Source of the DNA: an uncultured Gemmatimonadales bacterium
GTDB lineage: Bacteria; Gemmatimonadota; Gemmatimonadetes; Longimicrobiales; RSA9
Direction of reading: 5' to 3'
Assembly (NCBI GenBank): GCA_963708135.1
Contig: OY970192.1
Coordinates: forward strand, 1,696,001-1,760,000
DNA: 64,000 nucleotides
Shown here: piece by piece, positions 20,629 through 28,582 of the stretch
Layout of the letters: each line of letters starts with the position of its first letter
How positions within the stretch are numbered: position 1 is the stretch's first letter
Notes under the pieces: generated by a model
The model's database searches: none
Seen by the model: only the letters and a program-made list of their open reading frames with translations
What the model was told of the DNA's origin: nothing
Program-made: the position numbers and the translations under genes

Positions 20629-20950
20629 AGCGAGAACATCTCAGCCATGACCGAGTCATTCGGAACCGAGACCACGGAAGCCCGGGCATCGGGTGCAGCG
20701 AGCGCGCGGTAAACGTCGACATGGTCCGGGTACTCTTCCTCCGCCCTCTCGATGATCTGGCGCATGAGCTGGTGCTCGCGATTCGCCAGGGATTCGGCCG
20801 AGTAGGCCCGGACCTCTGCCCTGCGGTCCCGGATCGTGTAGTCACGTGTTCCGGTTGAGTTTGCCGTCAGCGAACCGACGTCCGAGCACGCGGCGATCGT
20901 CAACGCCACAGACGCACAGGCAATCAGTGGCCTAACCATGTTTTGCCTCC

Positions 20951-21490
20951 TCACGAAGACTTGAAGCGCGATTCGCACACACCTACATGAGGTCCGCCCG
21001 GGGGCACTGCCTCAGGCCAGGTGTAAAAGCGCTTGACCCACAGCACCTTGCTGCGCGCGCGACCCACGCCCGCCAAGGCGCGTTCGGGACTCTTCTGGAG
21101 CTCCAGAAATACATCCCGCGTATGCTGTGCCTGCCTATCGCCCCAAAGAGGGATCGGGACACCGGTGTGCGGTCCTACGCGAAGCGTCTCGTCCCGCTTC
21201 GGACACGCCGTCTCCGCACGGTGTACCGCATGGAGGGTGAAGAGCGCCTCCGTCAGTAGTTCCGGCGAGGCTGCGCTTGCTCGCATCAGAATATAGTCGT
21301 TCGGCGGACCCTTCGCCCGGCGCTGAATAACCGCATCCGTTCCCGGGTATGGCAGCGAATCGACGACTGCCGCCACGATCGGGATAAATCCTCTGCGGTA
21401 TCGGACGCTGTCCGCCGCCGACTGCGCGCAAAGGGGAACCGCACCTGCCGCCGCGAAACTCGCAATCATTGCCCAATGTCGCATTTTCAT
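20951..21490 (-). CDS. Hypothetical secreted protein
   Basis: Signal peptide ending PLCAQ; middle gene of a co-oriented three-gene cassette. Confidence 0.65.
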   Translation of the reverse strand: MKMRHWAMIASFAAAGAVPLCAQSAADSVRYRRGFIPIVAAVVDSLPYPGTDAVIQRRAKGPPNDYILMRASAASPELLTEALFTLHAVHRAETACPKRDETLRVGPHTGVPIPLWGDRQAQHTRDVFLELQKSPERALAGVGRARSKVLWVKRFYTWPEAVPPGGPHVGVCESRFKSS

Positions 21491-21531
21491 TTTCTGCCTC
21501 GATGTCGGCGCGGATATCGGATTCCCGCATT

Positions 21532-22061
21532 CTACTGGCATACAAGTGCGCTACCAGACCACAGAGTATACCAGGTCCCGGTTGCCTCGTCATACGCTTC
21601 GAGCGTCACTTCTTCGGTCGTGCAGGTCATGCTGCCGCTGCCCCCATCGCCGCTGCCGCTGCCCCCCGAACAGTCCTCGAAATATTGTAGCTGGGCGCAA
21701 TCGCCCTCCGGCGCAACTGCGGCCTCTTCACCGGCGAGAAACTGTACGCCTACGAGCGTTGTCGGCATGCCAGGGCTATATTGCAATGGGCCTGGTAGTA
21801 TACGTCAAAATAGCGAAACCACTGATTTGCATACAGTTCGAAATTGTCACTTTCTGGCGACAGGAACTTCGCGTCGTATGGTCCGACAGGTGCTTGTATC
21901 TGGTGGGTCGGCTGGAGCGACAGGACAACGCTGTTGACATAATCTGGCTTGTGTTCTAGGAGGACCACGCCACCGTACGTGGCGGGGCAGGTTGCCGAAG
22001 CGGCGGAGGTCATAACGGTGGTCGCCACGACGGCAAACGGGAGCCGACGGGATCGGATCAT
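21532..22061 (-). pseudogene. Hypothetical secreted Cys-containing protein, single frameshift near 21790
   Basis: ORFs 21750..22061 (signal peptide) and 21532..21786 (G/S linker, C...TWYTLWSGSALVCQ) join if one C is added in GCCCATTG; may be a sequencing error. Confidence 0.55.
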
Positions 22062-22375
22062 GCGAGTCGACCTTGTCAGGAGGATCGGTGGAGGGAGAAC
22101 GCCTCGGAATACCCCGTCTCACCGCCGGTTGTAAGCTGAATAGAAGCGACGGCTTAATGATCGACAGTTCCGTCAACCTGTGAAGTCGATAGTCGAGGCG
22201 CCGCAGGCGCGGGAGGCCACGTTGACATGGGAATGAACGAAGCCCTGCGCCGGAGACAGGGCAGCAGGGGCGGCGCGACGAGCCCACTGACGGGCAGGAT
22301 CCTTGCCCGTAATGGACGCGCTGCCCGCCGACGGTCCCGGGTGCACGAACCCCACGCGAGTTCAGCGTCGCGCCA

Positions 22376-22636
22376 TCAGGTTTTCTCCCGCCGGTGCTCC
22401 TCCGCGAGCGCGTCGAGCACGCGCCGCCGCAGCGTCGCCGGCACGGGCGGCACCTCCCGCCGCCGGCGTAGCGAGGCGACGAACGCCGCGTCAACCTGGT
22501 AGCGCGCCCGGCACGCCGGGCACGCCGCCAGATGCGCGGCCAGCGCCTCCCGCTCATCGGGCGCGAGCTCGCCGTCGATGTACGCCGAGAGCTGGTGCCC
22601 CGCCTCCAGGCACTCCGCCGCACGCTCCTCGATCAT
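22376..22636 (-). CDS. Zinc-finger anti-sigma factor (zf-HC2/ZAS)
   Basis: C...LSAYIDGEL...HLAACPACR (HX3CX2C); RBS GGAGG. Confidence 0.88.
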   Translation of the reverse strand: MIEERAAECLEAGHQLSAYIDGELAPDEREALAAHLAACPACRARYQVDAAFVASLRRRREVPPVPATLRRRVLDALAEEHRREKT

Positions 22637-22695
22637 CGTCCTCCAGGGCTCCGGAACCTGCCCTCAGAATAGCGCGTACGGGGCACCCCCGCGAG

Positions 22696-22721
22696 CACGA
22701 CGATACGCTGTGCCTGGTTCC
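22696..22721 (-). promoter_or_regulatory. Putative ECF promoter GGAACC-N16-CGTG upstream of the anti-sigma
   Basis: Exact spacing match; a second copy GGAACC-N16-CGTA lies on + at 22653-22678. Confidence 0.5.
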
Positions 22722-22777
22722 GGTGCGCGGCTCACGACCCCTTCCGGTGGGCGGCTGCGAATGTTGCCGCCGTGCCG

Positions 22778-24730
22778 TCAGCCTCCGCTGGCCATCCGAT
22801 TCACGACGTCCTCGAGCGCGCGCACGCGCGTGGCATCGCTCGAGGAGGCTGCCTCGGAGCCGAGCTGACCGGCCAGCTTGCTCAGCGCGCTGGCCCGGAC
22901 CGAGCCGCGGGCCTTCTCGGCGCCCGCGAGGCCGCTGCGGATCGCGGAGATCCGCGCGGCGGGCAGTCCGTGGTCGCGTTCGAGCTGGTCGAGGTACGCC
23001 CGCGCCACGGAGAACGCGGCCGGCCACACGAACTTCGGCTGGCTCTGCGGGTTCAGCACATCGAAGTGGACGAGCTTCGCGGCGTCGATCTCGTTCTGGG
23101 TGAGGTCCGGCGTCGGCGTCAGCTCGAACACATCGAGGCCGCGCGCGATCTCGGAGCCGTAGATGTAGCCGTTGTAGTAGTAGCCCGACCAGTAGCCGCC
23201 GAGCACCAGCTTCGAGGCGTCGATCGGGCCACGGTCGAAGTAGGCGATCTCCTTCGGGTGCTCGGGGTCCGTCCAGTCGAAGACGGAGACGCCGCCCTGG
23301 TACCAGCCCTGGACCATGATCGTGCGCCCGGGGACGGGGATCAGCATGCCGTTGTGCGCGACGCAGTTCTCCTGCGGCGTCTGCGCCGCCGGCATCTTGT
23401 AGTAGCCCGCCTGCGTCAGCTGCCCATCCTTCAGCGTGAAGATCGCGTCCGCGCCCCAGTCGATCGGGTCCGTGGCGCGGCACTTGGCCTGCGTGCCGCC
23501 GCCCCACTCGTCCGTGTAGAGCAGCGCCGACGCGTCGTTGTTGAACGTGGCCGAGTGCCAGAACGAGAAGTTCGAGTCGGCCACGGCCTGCAGCCGCACC
23601 GGGTGCACGGGGTCCTTCGTGTTCAGGAGCAGCCCGTACCCCGAGCAGGCGCCGGCGGCCAGGCCGGCGGCCGGATAGACCGTGATGTCGTGGCACTGCG
23701 AGGGGCCGGCGTCGCCGCGGTTCATCCCGAAGCGCGTGGTGACGCCCATCTGCTCGAGGCTGTCGCGCAGCGCGGCCTCGAGCGCGTCGTTGCCGCGGTT
23801 CGTCATGAGCCGGCCCATGAGCCGGGCCACGGTCTCCGAGTCCGCCGCGGTGGCGGTGGCCGGGAGCCCGAGGCGGGGCAGGAAGCGGCGGGCGGCGCGC
23901 GTCGCCGCGCCGTTCGCGGTGTCGGCCGGTGCCGGCCCGTGGCTGGGCGGCGCCGTGAGGTCGTTGAAGATGCGGGGCGAGCTCACGATCTTCGCCTGCT
24001 CGGGGTGGTCCACCGGCACGCGGATGACCTCGATGCGGAAGAGCGCCGTCTTCGGGTCCGTGATGTCGCCGCCCTCGCAGCCGGCCAGCTCGCTCTCGGG
24101 CCGCACGCGCGCCAGCCCCGAGACGTAGACGTAGACCACGTTCGGGTCGGCCGGATCCGGCACCAGCGTGTGCGTGTGCGAGCCGCGGCAGGTCTGCACG
24201 TCCGCCACCTGCTTCGGCGCGTGCGGGTCCGAGATGTCGAAGATGCGGATCCCGAGCATCCGGTCCGTGCTCACGCTGTCCTGAACGCCCTGCATGCCGC
24301 AGTCGAGCCGGCTGCCGGTGTTCTCGGCGGAGACGAAGAGCAGGTTGCGGTAGACGGAGACGTCGCCCTGCTCGGTGAAGCAGGGATAGGCCTCCGCCAG
24401 CCTGGGCGCGGCCGGATCCGTTATGTCCCAGATCTGCAGCCCGCTGAAGTTGCCCTGGTAGGCGTAGTGCCCGCCGAACGCCATGTCGGAGTTCGCGTAG
24501 CGGAGCCCGCCCGGATCGTCCGGATGGAAGATATCCGGCTTGTTCTCGTGCGCGACCAGCTTCAGGCCGCGGGACGCGACGCCCGCGTCGTAGAGCCCCG
24601 CCTTCAGCCCGACGCGCGGATCGTGGGTGTTCGACTGCGCGCCGAGCGGCGCCGCCAGCGCGAGCAGCGAGAGGAGCGACGTCGCCGCCAGCAGGGCGGC
24701 CGGTGCGGCGAAGCGACCGTGTTCTTTCAT
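22778..24730 (-). CDS. LVIVD-repeat secreted protein
   Basis: Signal peptide, NSDMAF, QGDVSVY, VQTCRGSHTHT, CHDITV, ENCVAHNG, WYQGG. Confidence 0.82.
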   Translation of the reverse strand: MKEHGRFAAPAALLAATSLLSLLALAAPLGAQSNTHDPRVGLKAGLYDAGVASRGLKLVAHENKPDIFHPDDPGGLRYANSDMAFGGHYAYQGNFSGLQIWDITDPAAPRLAEAYPCFTEQGDVSVYRNLLFVSAENTGSRLDCGMQGVQDSVSTDRMLGIRIFDISDPHAPKQVADVQTCRGSHTHTLVPDPADPNVVYVYVSGLARVRPESELAGCEGGDITDPKTALFRIEVIRVPVDHPEQAKIVSSPRIFNDLTAPPSHGPAPADTANGAATRAARRFLPRLGLPATATAADSETVARLMGRLMTNRGNDALEAALRDSLEQMGVTTRFGMNRGDAGPSQCHDITVYPAAGLAAGACSGYGLLLNTKDPVHPVRLQAVADSNFSFWHSATFNNDASALLYTDEWGGGTQAKCRATDPIDWGADAIFTLKDGQLTQAGYYKMPAAQTPQENCVAHNGMLIPVPGRTIMVQGWYQGGVSVFDWTDPEHPKEIAYFDRGPIDASKLVLGGYWSGYYYNGYIYGSEIARGLDVFELTPTPDLTQNEIDAAKLVHFDVLNPQSQPKFVWPAAFSVARAYLDQLERDHGLPAARISAIRSGLAGAEKARGSVRASALSKLAGQLGSEAASSSDATRVRALEDVVNRMASGG

Positions 24731-25416
24731 CGTGTCCCGTCCGGGGTGAGTTTGTCGAGCAGCGCCTCCATGCGCGTGATCTGCGCGCGCTGGCCGGCGT
24801 CAATGTCCGTGGCGAAGGTCGAGAGGTCCGCCTGCTGACCGCCGCCCGGCGTGTGGAAGAGGGTCGCCACCATGTCCAGCGCGCCCTGGTGGTGCTTGAT
24901 CATTCCGGTGAGGTAGAGATGGTCGAACTCCTTGCCGCGTGACGCGTCCAGCCGCCGCATCTCGGCCGGGCTCAGCATCCCCGCCATCATCATGGGATGC
25001 GGACCCATGTCCATCCCCGGCATGTGCAGCGGGCTCGTGTCCCGCACCGGCCCCGTCGCCCCCGCGAGCATGTGCAGCGGGTCGGGCGCGGCGAGCCCGC
25101 GTTCCTCGAGCCAGTGCTGCATGAGCGCGATCTCGTCGCGCTGCGAGATCGCGATCCGCTTGCACAGGATGCGGACCGCCGGGCTGGCGTCGTGCGTCGG
25201 CGCCCAGTCCGACATGACGACCGCCTGGGCGTGATGGATGATCATCCCCTGCATGAAGTCGGCGTCGGCCTTCGTGTAGTCGTGCGGCGCGCCGGGCGCG
25301 CCCTGCGCCACCAGCCGGGCCGGCGCCAGGGTGAGCAGCGCGGCGAGTAGCGCGAGCGGAGGAAGCGCGGACGCGAGCCGCGCTGCGGCCCCTCCGGGTT
25401 GGAATCGTATGGACAT
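24727..25416 (-). CDS. DUF305 domain protein
   Basis: DADFMQGMIIHHAQAVVMS, QRDEIALMQHWL, MIKHHQGA; ATGA coupling to the LVIVD gene. Confidence 0.88.
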   Translation of the reverse strand: MSIRFQPGGAAARLASALPPLALLAALLTLAPARLVAQGAPGAPHDYTKADADFMQGMIIHHAQAVVMSDWAPTHDASPAVRILCKRIAISQRDEIALMQHWLEERGLAAPDPLHMLAGATGPVRDTSPLHMPGMDMGPHPMMMAGMLSPAEMRRLDASRGKEFDHLYLTGMIKHHQGALDMVATLFHTPGGGQQADLSTFATDIDAGQRAQITRMEALLDKLTPDGTR

Positions 25417-25709
25417 GGCGTGCCCCACGGCTCTTCTGCGGACGAAGATGGAATTCCTCATGTCGGGGTGCGTGAAGCGCAAATCTACGGAGCGGCCTCG
25501 CCGCCCCGCAACCCGAGGCCGCCACCTCTCCCGGCCGGCCCTTGCCCTGCGACTGCCGCCGGGCGCATCCTCCTCCGCGCCCCGCAAGTCCCTTCTCCGT
25601 CCCGGCTCCCCGGCCCGAGGTGCTCCATGCGACGAACCCGCGTCACACCCTCCATCACGATCCGCGCTCTCCGCGCTCCCCCTGCCCGGCGCGCGCCCGG
25701 GCCGCCGCG

Positions 25710-26470
25710 GTGAGCGTGTTGGGCCTCTCCGAGGCCGCCCGGCTCGGCGTCGTGCTCGTGAAGCGGCCCGACGACGCGTTCGGCTCGGCCGCGGCCATCG
25801 CCGCCGCGTGGCGGCCCCTCGGCTACACTGCCCCGCCCGACCTCGCCGCCGCCCGGCGCGAGCACGACGCGTTCGTGCGGCTGTTGCAGGATGCCGGCGC
25901 GCGGCCGGAGTTCCTCCCGGCCGCGCGCGAGACGGGCCTCGACTCCATCTACGCCAGGGACGCGTCCGTCGTCTGCGGCCGCGGCGCCATCCTGTGCCGG
26001 ATGGGCAAGCCGGCGCGACGCGGCGCACCAACGACGACGGCATCCGCCAGCTCCGCGCTCTGCTGGACGGCGAGGTGGACGAGCTCGTCACGGTCCCGCT
26101 CCCGCACTGGCGCGGCCCCGGCAATGTCTTCCACCTGATGTCCATCGTGAGCCCCGACGACGCGGACCTCGCCGTCGTCTACTCGCCGCTCCTGCCGGTG
26201 CCGTTCCGCCAACGGCTCCTGGCCCGCGGGATCCGGCTCGTGGAGGTGCCGGACGAGGAGCTCGGGACGCTGGGCTGCAACGTGCTGGCGCTCGCGCCAC
26301 GCCGGTGTCTGGTGGTGGCGGGCAACCCCACGACCCGCCGCCCGCTCGAGGCGGCGGGCGCCGAGGTCGTGGAGCTCGAGGGGCGGGAGATCTGCCTCAA
26401 GGGCTCGGGTGGCCCGACCTGCCTGACCCGGCCGGTGACGCGAGGCGACGCGGCATCGACGCGGCCATGA
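25710..26470 (+). pseudogene. Amidinotransferase/DDAH-family gene with frameshifting internal deletion near 26024
   Basis: Frame 1 DSIYARD...RMGKPARRG; frame 2 RTNDDGIRQL...FHLMS...GGPTCLTRP. The expected LEGGD segment is absent. Confidence 0.75.
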
Positions 26471-26622
26471 ACCGTGCGTTCGCCAAGGCAGTAGCGGACC
26501 ACCGGAGCGCGGACGTCCCGATGGTCATCGAGGGCGCGAGCGGCGGAGCCACGCTTCAAGACCCGCATGTCGTGGAAACGGAGCGAGAGGCCAAGGTCCG
26601 ACGACGCCGGCGGTCGGCTTAG
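26467..26622 (+). CDS. Small hypothetical protein (51 aa)
   Basis: ATGA-coupled to upstream gene; followed by a terminator-like hairpin. Confidence 0.35.
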   Translation: MNRAFAKAVADHRSADVPMVIEGASGGATLQDPHVVETEREAKVRRRRRSA

Positions 26623-26650
26623 TCCCCTTTGTTGCTGCGCGCACCACACG

Positions 26651-26680
26651 GGAGGCCGCCCGAACGGGCGGCCTCCTTTC
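26651..26680 (+). terminator. Intrinsic terminator-like hairpin
   Basis: GGAGGCCGCCC-GAAC-GGGCGGCCTCC perfect 11-bp stem, then TTTC. Confidence 0.65.
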
Positions 26681-26924
26681 GCATTCACGGGTAGCCCCTG
26701 TGTGCGGCCTGAAGCCATGCACTGGGCCCGTTAACGCCCCTGTGCGGGCGCTCTCGCCCGCGGCCCATGCGTAGCCCGACCGGGGCGAGCCGCCCGACCG
26801 GCAGATCCGCGGCCGGTGTGCCGGTCAGCGCATGAGCTCGCCACCCGGCTCCCGTGGCGGGTGAGCGCCGGCACATCAGCGTCGAAACCGTGGCACCGGC
26901 CCCGTCTTCCGGGTAGAATAGGGC

Positions 26925-27569
26925 ATGACTGCTGCGCACCGGTACTCGCTCGATGCCGACGAGGTTTCCCTGGATCTCTCGGACAACTACGAGATGGCGC
27001 TGGGCGAAGTCGTCCGGTGGGAGGGATGGCAGACGAACCGGACCTCTCGTCCTTACGTCATTCTCGGCGAGCGCCACGGTGTTCGGCTCGGAATCCGGCA
27101 GCAGATTCGCCCGGTCGCGCTTGATACGGAGGACCGCGATGTCCTCATCATCCCGACTGCGGAGGAGACGCTTCGGATAAAGGCGTTTCTCGCCTTCAAG
27201 CGACGGGCAGTCCGGGATTATCTCGACGTCGCCGCTCTGGCCGATCTACTGGGCCCGGAGCGTACGGCGGAGGCGCTCGGCTGGTTGAACGTCCTGTACG
27301 AAGGGGAAGGTAACCAGACCGCCGCAACCAAGTTTGCAGAGGCCGTGGCCGCCGATCCGCAGGACCTGGGCAAGGTGGATCTGCGGACGTATCGCGGGAT
27401 TCGCGCACCCTACAACGATTGGGCGTACGTAGCGGCCCGCTGCCGGGAGATTGGAGAGGCACTGTTTCTGCGCGAGATGGAGAAGGAGTTGCCGACGGAT
27501 GTGCAGGAGTTCATCGACCGGCAGATCCGTCGTGCGGCAAACCGTGGGACCTCGGGAGGTTCACGATGA
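26925..27569 (+). CDS. AbiEii/AbiGii-like nucleotidyltransferase, apparently lacking the N-terminal GG[ST] motif
   Basis: HRYSLDAD (HRxSxDxD), LRIKAFL..KRRAVRDYLDVAAL; TAGAAT just before ATG suggests leaderless transcription. Confidence 0.6.
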   Translation: MTAAHRYSLDADEVSLDLSDNYEMALGEVVRWEGWQTNRTSRPYVILGERHGVRLGIRQQIRPVALDTEDRDVLIIPTAEETLRIKAFLAFKRRAVRDYLDVAALADLLGPERTAEALGWLNVLYEGEGNQTAATKFAEAVAADPQDLGKVDLRTYRGIRAPYNDWAYVAARCREIGEALFLREMEKELPTDVQEFIDRQIRRAANRGTSGGSR

Positions 27570-27814
27570 CGGGGCGCATCACGACCGAACCCGGCTTCCT
27601 GGATTTGGTTGACGTGCTGACGACGGGCGGCACGGCCGAATGGCAGGAGCTTTATCAGCGGGCGAAGCAGGACGCTGCCCTCCGTTTCGAGATTCGGGAG
27701 GCGCTACCAATGGTCGATCCGGAGATCGGCGCAGCTCGTCAGCTGTGGACGCTTCTACTGAGCAGGATTGAGGCGGTTGAGTCGCCCGGTCGGTCACATC
27801 CCCGAGTCGCATAA
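27566..27814 (+). CDS. Small helical protein, candidate antitoxin partner
   Basis: ATGA overlap with the NTase, RBS GGAGG; VLTTGGTAEWQELY motif. Confidence 0.5.
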   Translation: MTGRITTEPGFLDLVDVLTTGGTAEWQELYQRAKQDAALRFEIREALPMVDPEIGAARQLWTLLLSRIEAVESPGRSHPRVA

Positions 27815-27948
27815 CTCCGACTCAGCGCCTCCGTGCCTGAATAGAGGCCACCGTCCCAACACGGCGGCCTCTTCGCTTTCCGTACACACTGGCCAGACCC
27901 ACCGCGCCGCCGCTCACGCGCGCCGCCCCGAGCCTCGACCTGTCAACG

Positions 27949-28350
27949 GTGGCTTCGACGGCCGGTACGGAGTTCGCCTACGTGACCAACGCCGGTTCGG
28001 ACAACGTGTCGGTGATCCGGACCTCGGACAACGCGGTGACGGCGACCGTCGCCGTGGGGAGTAGCCCGTTTGGCGTGGCAATCGGTGTGGGCGCCGCCGA
28101 TCAGCTCGACGAGCTCGCGGCGACGATCGACGGCCTCTCGCTCGACAAGCAGACCGAGAACAGTCTTCTGACGAAGCTTCGCAGCGCCGAGAAGTCGCTG
28201 GACAAGGGCAACACCTCCGCCACGTGCAGCCAGCTGTCGGACCTGCTGAGCCAGATCACCGACTTCGCGTCGGCGGGGAAGCTGACGGACGAGCAGGCTA
28301 GCGAGCTCACCGCGGACGTCAGCCGGATCCAGGCCGTACTCGGCTGCTGA
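27949..28350 (+). pseudogene. 3' fragment of YVTN beta-propeller protein with FIMAH-like helical C-terminus
   Basis: Single AYVTNAGSDNVSVI...VAVGSSPFGVAI blade; no convincing start or signal peptide. Confidence 0.55.
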
Positions 28351-28582
28351 AGCGAGGGCGGCCGGACTCTCCCGGGGCAGTTGCCGGGAGATCCGGCCGC
28401 GTCGGGCTTTCCGCGCCTCCTCGAAGCCCGAGGCCCGGTGAGGAAGGGCGTGCTCACCGCCGGGCCCAGGGCGAGGAGCTCACTTCGCTGAGCAGCTCAT
28501 CCGGGCCGGTTGAACCCGGTGGGCGCCGGGCGGAAGAGCCGCCACCTCCGCGCGGTGACCCTGCCGCGTGGGTGTGCGCGGC

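Larger units (their letters stand above)
19168..20939 (-). pseudogene. Hypothetical lipoprotein interrupted by IS4 element
   Basis: RBS GAGGAGG, ATG 20939, lipobox IAAC. Removing the IS and one TSD copy joins ...AEMFSL|LYAFRG... in frame (146 aa). Confidence 0.8.

Noticed and set aside
22148..22171. ECF promoter for the three-gene cassette (GGAACT...CGTC)
   Set aside because: Spacing is 14 rather than the 16 seen at the other sites.
19090..22340. Composite transposon or integrative element carrying the cassette
   Set aside because: Only one IS, inserted inside a cassette gene; no integrase, flanking repeats or tRNA found.
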